Shown: in pieces, positions 19,581-27,326 of the stretch
Layout of the letters: every line of letters begins with the position of its first letter
Position numbering within the stretch: position 1 is the first letter of the stretch
From: a virus
Direction: 5' to 3' (one strand)
IMG/VR virus record: IMGVR_UViG_3300017917_002838
Span: 1 to 64,000 of that record
DNA length: 64,000 bases
Translations under genes and position numbers: made by a program
The notes under the pieces: generated by a model
Databases searched by the model: none
Told to the model about the DNA's origin: nothing
Seen by the model: the letters and a program-made list of their open reading frames with translations, nothing else

Positions 19581-19769
19581 ATGGATACACTATCCGTAAA
19601 GACACGACTATATCAGATAGGTGATTTATTTACCACTCTAAAGTCTGGTACTACTGGTGTAATCAAGGAAATCCATAGAACGGGGTCTGGCTCGGCTCGC
19701 GTATTGCTAGATGTTGGCGGTAAAGACCGCTGGACTAGCGTATCGGCTGAAGATTTAGACCTTCGCTAG
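19581..19769 (+). CDS. Hypothetical SH3/KOW-like protein
   Basis: IGD......TGVIKEI pattern; AGGAGG RBS. Confidence 0.6.
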   Translation: MDTLSVKTRLYQIGDLFTTLKSGTTGVIKEIHRTGSGSARVLLDVGGKDRWTSVSAEDLDLR

Positions 19770-19842
19770 TCAATTTGACGACACCTGAGTAAGTGTGATA
19801 AACTGCTCACCAACAAAAACAACAACTATCGAAAGGGAAAAA

Positions 19843-20265
19843 ATGAGTAGAGGCAAAGCGATAAATGTTAAAATCGCTACAAGCAAAGTAATCAAGGCGC
19901 TAGAAACTAAACTAGCGCAAATCAAGAAAACCTATGCTGAGCAAGATGCTCTAGAGGCTAAATACCAAAAGTCTTTAGAAAAGTGGAACAAAGAATTGTT
20001 AGAGTTCGCACTTGCTAATATCAAGAAGGCTAAGAATCTTCGTGTGAATATGCGTAGTTGGGATAAATCGTTAAATGTTGATTTTGATATTCCAACACTT
20101 GATGGAGAGTATCCAAAACAACCACAGCGAGAGTTCGAGCAACTACACACTCACTCATATAACGAGATGGTAGAAGAAATTGAGAACGCAATTCGTATTC
20201 TCAAAATGACCGACGAGGAAGTTGTAAGCACAAGCACATACAACGCAATCGCTCGTTATCTCTAA
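19843..20265 (+). CDS. Hypothetical protein
   Basis: GAAAGGG RBS. Confidence 0.7.
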   Translation: MSRGKAINVKIATSKVIKALETKLAQIKKTYAEQDALEAKYQKSLEKWNKELLEFALANIKKAKNLRVNMRSWDKSLNVDFDIPTLDGEYPKQPQREFEQLHTHSYNEMVEEIENAIRILKMTDEEVVSTSTYNAIARYL

Positions 20266-20393
20266 GTTTCCTATACGCCCCTTTCTGGGGCACACGGGAA
20301 TGAACCTTCCTGAGCAAGAAGCAAAAAGGCTCCCTCACCTAGGCACGTGAAGGCTAAACTGCCTACCATATCCCTACTAGAGAAAGTCAATTA

Positions 20394-20609
20394 ATGACAC
20401 GATTTAAAGTTGAAATCTGGGACGAGATCCCGCAAAATGATATCACCGTTTGGTTAGAAGAGGGCACTGATGCTCGTGGACTGTCTGAAATAGTCTGGTC
20501 CAATTTGAATAAGTTCCAAGGCAATGTAACTGGAGTACTAGTTGACACACTGCATAATAAAAGAAAGTTTGCATGCTACTATCCCATGGAGATTGTCTCA
20601 TCCAGGTAA
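20394..20609 (+). CDS. Hypothetical protein
   Basis: ORF with RBS. Confidence 0.6.
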   Translation: MTRFKVEIWDEIPQNDITVWLEEGTDARGLSEIVWSNLNKFQGNVTGVLVDTLHNKRKFACYYPMEIVSSR

Positions 20610-20746
20610 GAATGCAGCTCCGTACCCCTTTCGGAGCTGCGCCCCCTAGGGCGATATGTCCGTTTTACGATAGCTAAAAAGATCACCAGGCTTGCGAATG
20701 TCAGTCTTATCTGGTATTATTCTCGAATCAACTAAGAAAGGAAAAA

Positions 20747-21754
20747 ATGGCTCACAATCTCGAAACCGAAAATGGCGAAGTTGCTTTTGCTTTGCGGGGC
20801 GCTCCTGCTTGGCACAATCTTGCTAATCGTATTTTCTCAAAAGATGAGGAAGTATCAACTCAACTAATGCTAACAGAGGCTAAACTTTCTAATTGGAATG
20901 TTCGCCTCTCTCCAGTAACCGACCACATTCCTGCTGAATGGAATGATGTATCAGGTTCGCAATATGTTATTCGTACTAATCCATTTAATCAAGGAACTGA
21001 TGTTTTATCTGTTGTCGGTTCTCGATATCAAGTAATTCAGAATGAGGAATTATTTTCATTCGCTGATAATATCCTAGACGGTGATTCTCGTTGTGCTTGG
21101 GAATCTGCTGGCTCCTTAAAGTCAGGCAAGGTTGTATTCGGTTCTCTTACTGTTCCTCGTGAAATGGTATTAGACCCACAAGGCGCTAATGATAAGACTC
21201 AGTTATATCTTATCGTTTGGACATCTCATGACGGTTCTGTTGCTGTTCAAGCAGCGATTACACCAGTTCGTGTAGTTTGCCAAAACACCCTTAATCTTGC
21301 TATGAAGTCTGCTAAGCAGTCATTCAAGATTCGTCACACTCAATCTGCTGATGGAAAGATTCAAGTAGCACGAGAAACTCTTGGATTAACATTTCAATAC
21401 TTTGATGAATTTGAGAAAGAGGCTCAATCTCTATTTTCTCAAAGCATTACTGATGTAGAGTTCTCAAAACTTATTCAGACTATTTATCCAAAGCCTGATA
21501 AAGATACAAAGAATGCTATCACCCGCTGGGAAAATAAGGTTGTTATGCTTGATGACCTTTATCACAATTCCCCGACTAATGCTAATATCAAGGGAACAAA
21601 GTGGGGTGCGTTCAATGCGTTAACCGAGCGTTTGGATTATTACCGAAATGGTAAAGGTTCTAATTCAGATTCTCGTTATGCTTCCGCTTCAGGTTTCGAC
21701 CCTGTTATTACCGCTGAAAAGAATAAGATTCTTCAGGCTGTAAAAGCGTTCTAA
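20747..21754 (+). CDS. DUF932-family phage/plasmid protein
   Basis: PAWH.L, Y..IQN, ESAGSL, SHDGS, TPVRVVC.NTL, GT.WGAFNA.TE. Confidence 0.85.
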   Translation: MAHNLETENGEVAFALRGAPAWHNLANRIFSKDEEVSTQLMLTEAKLSNWNVRLSPVTDHIPAEWNDVSGSQYVIRTNPFNQGTDVLSVVGSRYQVIQNEELFSFADNILDGDSRCAWESAGSLKSGKVVFGSLTVPREMVLDPQGANDKTQLYLIVWTSHDGSVAVQAAITPVRVVCQNTLNLAMKSAKQSFKIRHTQSADGKIQVARETLGLTFQYFDEFEKEAQSLFSQSITDVEFSKLIQTIYPKPDKDTKNAITRWENKVVMLDDLYHNSPTNANIKGTKWGAFNALTERLDYYRNGKGSNSDSRYASASGFDPVITAEKNKILQAVKAF

Positions 21755-21793
21755 TCGCAACACCTGAGCAAGTGTCTAAACTGCTCACCAATT

Positions 21794-21867
21794 GGTTCGT
21801 TAGCTTAGTTGGATAAAGCGCTACCCTGTCACGGTAGAGATCACGGGTTCAAGTCCCGTACGAATCG
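21794..21867 (+). tRNA. tRNA-Asp(GTC)
   Basis: GGTTCGT/ACGAATC acceptor, CTGTCAC loop, GTTCAA; no CCA. Confidence 0.9.
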
Positions 21868-21978
21868 CCCCCTAGGGCCACAAAAATGTGTTACGAATCA
21901 CAAAATATTCCCCCCAAAAAGTAGACAAGTGTCAGTCCGGTAGTGTACAATTCTCCGCATACCAACGAAAGGAAAGAA

Positions 21979-22443
21979 ATGGAACAAACAACAAACAAGT
22001 TTGATAATGTTCAACCTTGGGAAGCAAAAGAGTTTCTTCAGCAACTAGATGAGAAACTAACTATCAAAGACGAAATTATCGTTGATTTAGATAAGCGTGT
22101 TTGGGAATTGAAAGAATCATTAGCAAAGGCTCAGGAAGATACTTCCAAGATTTTCAATAAATTTACTACATTGAAAGAATCTATCTTCTCTCTACTCGAT
22201 AATAATCGTGAGGGAGATGAAATTGAAATTACATTAGACGAGGCTAATGACTTTTTATATGCTAATGGTATTCAAACTATCAAGACTACCTACTCAGTTC
22301 ATTTTACAATTACTGGCGTTCTTGAAATCGAAGCAAGTAATGAAGATGAGGCCGAGCGTGAAGCCAGCGATGTTGATGTATCACATCATATGGGCGAAAT
22401 CACAGAGTTTGACGTTACCATAGATAGCGTGGAACAAGAGTAA
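21979..22443 (+). CDS. Acidic coiled-coil hypothetical protein
   Basis: GAAAGGA RBS. Confidence 0.65.
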   Translation: MEQTTNKFDNVQPWEAKEFLQQLDEKLTIKDEIIVDLDKRVWELKESLAKAQEDTSKIFNKFTTLKESIFSLLDNNREGDEIEITLDEANDFLYANGIQTIKTTYSVHFTITGVLEIEASNEDEAEREASDVDVSHHMGEITEFDVTIDSVEQE

Positions 22444-23034
22444 TGCTATATCAACTACAGGCACCTAACAAGTCCGCTTTCAATTTATCTGTGTTCGAGG
22501 CGGACTTGGCTGGACTAGACCCAGAATATGATACAAAAAACCTAACAATGGAAATTGGAACAGGTAAAGTAGAGAAGGTAAGAAACCTTATCATTAAATA
22601 CAAACTAATGGTATTATTTGAGAAGGAGTACGGATATAGTAATGAAGCATATATCCGAGCAGGCAAAGAAGGAAGAATCCTGAAAGGTGGAGTAAATCTA
22701 CAATGAACTATAAAGAAGGTTATATAGATGGATATAGGCAAGCACGGGAAGATATTGCCGAATCCTTAAGAAAACTTGTAGATGACCTAGATGAGCATTA
22801 TTCTGAACTAGTAGATGACCTAGCAGATAAATTGGAGGCTGGCAGTATATGAGCGAATGGATCGGTTGCGATAAATGTAGTGTTGCTGTTGCTCTTTATC
22901 AAGTTAAAGGAATCGAGGGTGAGTTATTTTTCTGCCACCACCACTTCCAGGAGAACGAAGAAAAATTAAGAACCTGGGCATTTGAAGTAATAGACCTAAA
23001 GGCTGAGGTTTTAGAAGAAGAACCTGTTGTTTGA
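22443..23034 (+). CDS. Three small hypothetical ORFs (22443-22706, 22703-22852, 22849-23034 with CDxC..FCxHH)
   Basis: Coupled ORFs. Confidence 0.6.
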
Positions 23035-23065
23035 CAATAAAATACTGGTCAACTATAATAAAAGA

Positions 23066-23173
23066 ACCAACCGTTAGGTGGAGCTATCAGCTTAATGCGA
23101 GCTAGTTCTTAAATATAGCATTCCCAGTATGCAGCCTAACAGTTACAGGCCCTCTTGATCAGAGGGCCTTTTT
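23066..23173 (+). ncRNA. Candidate structured small RNA
   Basis: TTGACA-N17-TATAAT (23031-23059), no ORF, intrinsic terminator 23147-23173. Confidence 0.6.
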
Positions 23174-23424
23174 AATGCCCACTCGGGCGAATAAATCTTC
23201 TTACGGCCCCCTTGGGCGATATTTCCGATTTATGACAATGTGTTTTAGATCACAGGATTTTGTGTAGACAAATGTCAGTGGTGCGTTATATAATTAGGGC
23301 ATGAACAAATTACCGACAAATTGGCGGAGAATGTCGGAAGCCGACAAAGATGCTTTTATATTGTCATATCATACTGGTAAAATGTTTTGTAATTGCACAA
23401 ACTGTATAAACGAAAGGGAAAATA

Positions 23425-24156
23425 ATGCCAAATTGGGTATTCAATACCTTGACAATTCAAGGTAATAAATCAGAAGTAGATTATATCAAAGATAAACTAA
23501 ATGAACCATTTACTCGTCAATACGATAATTGGAATATGGAAACACAAAAAATGGAAATTCAAGAAACTACCTATAGCAATCCTGTATTTTCATTTTGGAA
23601 TATCGTTCGTCCTACCGACCTCGAATCATATGTAAAACAACCTGAACATTCCACGGGTCAAACAATATCTGAAATCTTTTCAGGTAATGATTGGTATTCT
23701 TGGAATGTAAGAAATTGGGGAACCAAATGGGATGTTGCTGTTAGTGATAATAATAAATATACTGATACGGTATTAGTTGAGCATAAGTCAGAAGGTGAAG
23801 ACCAATGGCTTGTATATAAATTTGATACTGCTTGGTCCCCTCCTGTTTCTGCATTAGAAAGTTTATCTGAATTAGTTCCTAATTGTGTAGTAACTTTAGA
23901 TTGGCAGGAAGAGCAGGGATTTGGTGGACAAATAGAATTTATCCGAGGAGATGTAACTGCTGAATCTGATTATGAATCTAGATGTTATGACTGTGATGCA
24001 ATTGACACAATGGAGTATTGTGAAAATGACTGTGGTCAAATCTGTTCTAAATGTAATAATCTTGGCGAAGCCGACCTAGATTGTGTTGCAGAATGTCAGG
24101 ACCATAAGATATACTTGGAGACCAATGTACCCGATTATAGAAAGGCGGACCTATGA
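23425..24156 (+). CDS. DUF1281/YubB ferredoxin-like protein with Cys-rich tail
   Basis: MPNW, WY.W...NWGTKW, FDTAWSPP. Confidence 0.75.
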   Translation: MPNWVFNTLTIQGNKSEVDYIKDKLNEPFTRQYDNWNMETQKMEIQETTYSNPVFSFWNIVRPTDLESYVKQPEHSTGQTISEIFSGNDWYSWNVRNWGTKWDVAVSDNNKYTDTVLVEHKSEGEDQWLVYKFDTAWSPPVSALESLSELVPNCVVTLDWQEEQGFGGQIEFIRGDVTAESDYESRCYDCDAIDTMEYCENDCGQICSKCNNLGEADLDCVAECQDHKIYLETNVPDYRKADL

Positions 24157-25293
24157 GTTTCTTGGATGAAGAAAACCAGCAAGTTGTAGATTTAATTATT
24201 CAAGAAGTTGCTGAGGCATTATTTGAAGAATGGAATAATGCCAATTTAGATGAAGGCGATCTTTATGCAGATTATCAAATTCTAAATCATGCTGGAAGCA
24301 ATTACTTATATGGCAGATTCAATCAATACTACGATTTGAAACCAGGCGATGAATATTATATTGAATGGGACGAGGAGGCATAATGCTAGGATATACTGAA
24401 AAAGATCTAAACGATATGATTAATGGTGTCCTGGTCTCTTTGGACGCGACAAATCCGGAAGAGACTGATATAATTAGGCAACTAAATATGGCAAACGATT
24501 TCTTACAAGGCCTTTGGGCGGAAGGATATTTTGACTAATGGGAATGTATGACCAATCATGGTGTGTCTCGTGTGGAGCAGGAATGCTCTATACAGAGGAT
24601 GAAAATGTTACATGCTACAGATGTGACCAGGAAGAATATAACAAGCTCGAAACACGAGTATCTAGGTTTATGGAATATATTAAACTATATGTTATTAGTC
24701 TAGAGCAAGACGCAGATAGATTAGAAGAATTAAAACAAAACTTTCAAGGCGACTATGATTCAGAAGAATATGAGAATATAGTTCTTGATGACTACTATAA
24801 TACTGGAGAGCTTATTGCTTCCCGCCATTTATTGTCAGTAGCACAAAATATGATTGGTCAAAAGGAAAGGGAGGAAGTATGAGAGAGCTGAATATAAGTC
24901 CACGTCTACAAAAACTTATAGATAATGGAATCGATTCATTGGATATTATGCACGGTGAGCTTAAGAATCTAATGGTTGAAGCCGAGAAAGAATTAGAGGC
25001 AGCTATAGAGGAAGAAGAGCGTACCGAGGAGGCAATGGATTCCATGGAGCGCAAATATTGGGAGGGCCAGTTAGACGCTCTATCAATTGTTTATTCATTA
25101 ACATACAAACTATCATTTGCAAGAAAGGATTAATATGTACTTAACAAATGAATTCGTTCAACGTGAACTTGCCAGGGCACAACAGCTGCTTTGGGGAAGA
25201 TCTGAGACAGAGAATATCGAAGCTCATAATATCGTAGCTGCATTGCTTGTTGATCTAGAACGGGCGGGCAATAGGGCTTACGGGCTAAATTGA
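24153..25293 (+). CDS. Five mostly acidic hypothetical ORFs (24153-24383, 24383-24538, 24538-24882, 24879-25133, 25135-25293)
   Basis: Coupled ORFs with RBSs. Confidence 0.6.
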
Positions 25294-25361
25294 TGACTTA
25301 CGGTATATTGACAAAATTCACGGGCACGTTATATAATTAACCACCAATAGAAAGGAAAAAA

Positions 25362-25721
25362 ATGGGAGATAGAATAGTTTACTCGATTAAGCAAGATAGC
25401 AATTTGTCTATAAATCTATACAGTCATTGGGGAGGTTATGGACGATTTGAACTTCTTGCTAAGGCTTTAAACAAAGCTAGGCCTAGATGGGATGACACAT
25501 CCTATGCCACCCGCATTATTGTTTCGCAGCTTATAGGAGACGGATGGGATGACGAGACTGGTTTTGGTTTATGGGCCAGCAATGAACATGGTGCATATGG
25601 AGGAGACCATCCAGACATTATTATTAATCTAATTAATAAAACTGTAGAGGATGAAACTGGTGTACATGATTTTGATAAGTTTATCGATTATCATCTATCG
25701 AAGGTAGCTGCTAATGGCTAA
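25362..25721 (+). CDS. Hypothetical protein
   Basis: TTGACA-N18-TATAAT promoter, GAAAGGA RBS, Y.HW.G motif. Confidence 0.7.
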   Translation: MGDRIVYSIKQDSNLSINLYSHWGGYGRFELLAKALNKARPRWDDTSYATRIIVSQLIGDGWDDETGFGLWASNEHGAYGGDHPDIIINLINKTVEDETGVHDFDKFIDYHLSKVAANG

Positions 25722-26046
25722 AAAGAAATTAGATCTATCTGATATTGAACATATTGGAAGTTTTATGGTTGACAGCGGTCAAGCTATTATAGGTGACCCG
25801 TGCTATTTAGATGAATGGAATCCTAACACAAATGATGACTTCGAACCCGAAATATATGCAGGCGAATACGGTTACCTAGGAGCATGTCAAGCAACCCTCT
25901 CAGAAGCTGGAGGAGGCACCATAGGAATGAGCTCTGCAGTTGCAGTGTCAACTGGATGGGGCGACGGTGTCTATCCTGTCTACGTAAGGCGTGGAGAAGA
26001 TGATCGTATTATGCAAGTTATTATAGACTTCGAAGGGGTAATCTAA
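25714..26046 (+). CDS. DUF4241-like protein
   Basis: VDSGQ..IGDPCY, TGWGDG.YPV. Confidence 0.7.
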   Translation: MAKKKLDLSDIEHIGSFMVDSGQAIIGDPCYLDEWNPNTNDDFEPEIYAGEYGYLGACQATLSEAGGGTIGMSSAVAVSTGWGDGVYPVYVRRGEDDRIMQVIIDFEGVI

Positions 26047-26159
26047 GATTCGTAGGGCGGAAAAAATGTCTTACGATCATAACTAAATAATGGCGGGACT
26101 CATATTTACAATACCTGTACAATATGATAAAATTACAGTGTCTATGAAAGGACATAAAA

Positions 26160-26306
26160 ATGACAACAAAGCGAGACTATCTAAAGTCTAAGGGCATCAC
26201 AGTTGGAGCCCGTGGCCGTTTCTCAGGAGCTGCAAAGCAAGCTCTTCAGGAGGCCGCAAAGCAAGGCATTCAGTTCTCTGACGAGAAGTCTTCTGCAAAG
26301 AAGTAA
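26160..26306 (+). CDS. Lsr2-like DNA-binding mini-protein (48 aa)
   Basis: RDYL...GITV.ARGRF resembles the Lsr2 RGR AT-hook domain; not in ORF track. Confidence 0.65.
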   Translation: MTTKRDYLKSKGITVGARGRFSGAAKQALQEAAKQGIQFSDEKSSAKK

Positions 26307-26309
26307 TAA

Positions 26310-26773
26310 ATGCCAGCAATGAAATCCAGGAGGGGTCCTCGTCCAAAGGACCTGGACCTCTCGTGGTCAATTGGATCCAAAGCTATTAATCGGCGGAAGC
26401 TCGAGAAGCAGCGTGAAATAGATCTATATAATAGTTTGTGTGGACCGGTTACGGTCTCATATATTGAACCCAAATTGACAAACCCGAACAGATAGGATAG
26501 GATATCACAATGGCTAAGTCTAAAGATGAAAAGTTGGCGGAACAGTTTATCGAAGCCTTATCCAACCACTATTTTGATACACCAGGATTTGCCAATAAAC
26601 TAGTTACATTTGCTCCACATTATACAATAGATAAACTAGTCCAAGTTATAGAACATATTATTCTATTTGGATATCATAGGCAAAAACAGGATTGGGAGAA
26701 TAATTCAGTAACATCTCCAGGCCTAATCACCCTAAGAGATTGGAAGATTCTCCTAGATGAAAGGAATATATAG
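26310..26773 (+). CDS. Two hypothetical ORFs (26310-26495, 26510-26773)
   Basis: ORF track. Confidence 0.5.
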
Positions 26774-26833
26774 AACCCCTACTTCTATGTGTTCCTAATT
26801 AGGATGTGTTAATTCCCTTTCTTCATCCTAATT

Positions 26834-26869
26834 AATATCCCCCCAAACGTCCTTCGGGGGGATATTTTT
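26834..26869 (+). terminator. Intrinsic terminator closing the island
   Basis: AATATCCCCCC/GGGGGGATATT stem followed by T run. Confidence 0.7.
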
Positions 26870-27326
26870 ATGCCCAAAAATAATTGATCTGATCTACATC
26901 AAATAGCTACGGGCCTATGGGCCCAAATTCGCTTTTACGATCAATATAGATAAATCACTGGAAATATATAGCAATATGTCGACAAATCTATTAAAATATA
27001 TATAGAATATCTCAGAATGTGAGACAAATAGATTAAAATGATCTCAAAATATGAGATTATCTACCAGAATTGTGGGCGAATTGTCCGTTTTACGGGCATA
27101 TTTCCACAAACACTGGCACATATAGAAGGTATATATATGGACAAAATATCACATATTGGACTAAAAATAAGATTATGATCTCATTATATGAGACGCTTTA
27201 TTACCTATATATAAATTTATCGACAATACATAGTATTAGCAAGATAATCCATAGTATGAAATCCTTATGAGTATTCTCTAGAATGGTCTTTAAAATTGAT
27301 ATAAGGCCATTAGAGAGGACGGGGGA

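Larger units (their letters stand above)
19781..21790 (+). ncRNA. Four copies of an H-type pseudoknot motif (19781, 20306, 20335, 21760)
   Basis: Compensatory changes in both stems. Confidence 0.65.
13878..23254. promoter_or_regulatory. Eight CRP/GlxR-type boxes TGTGA-N6-TCACA
   Basis: Perfect at 13878, 15420, 19496; one mismatch at 16723, 17267, 18155, 21887, 23239. Confidence 0.72.
13942..23294 (+). promoter_or_regulatory. Twelve PafBC/RecA-NDp-type promoters TGTCRG-N10-TANNNT
   Basis: Exact at 15483, 15821, 16767, 17029, 17300, 18199, 19125, 19530, 20699, 21930, 23273; imperfect -10 at 13942. Confidence 0.8.
15041..27094 (+). repeat. Dispersed polar element (GCCC-N4-)GGGC-N12-TTACG, 16 copies
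   Basis: GGGC starts at 15041, 16709, 16976, 17242, 19089, 19471, 20649, 21875, 23185, 25262, 25282, 26055, 26919, 27074 (exact); 18133 (TTAAG) and 23214 (TTATG). Confidence 0.9.

Noticed and set aside
15041-27094. CRISPR array interpretation of the dispersed repeats (a Cas4-like gene exists at 52907)
   Set aside because: Repeats are short, bipartite and separated by whole genes. The nuclease sits in the recombination cluster with no other cas genes.
15041-27094. Classical integron attC array
   Set aside because: No RYYYAAC...GTTRRRY long imperfect palindromes, no integrase in the window, and cassettes carry their own promoters.
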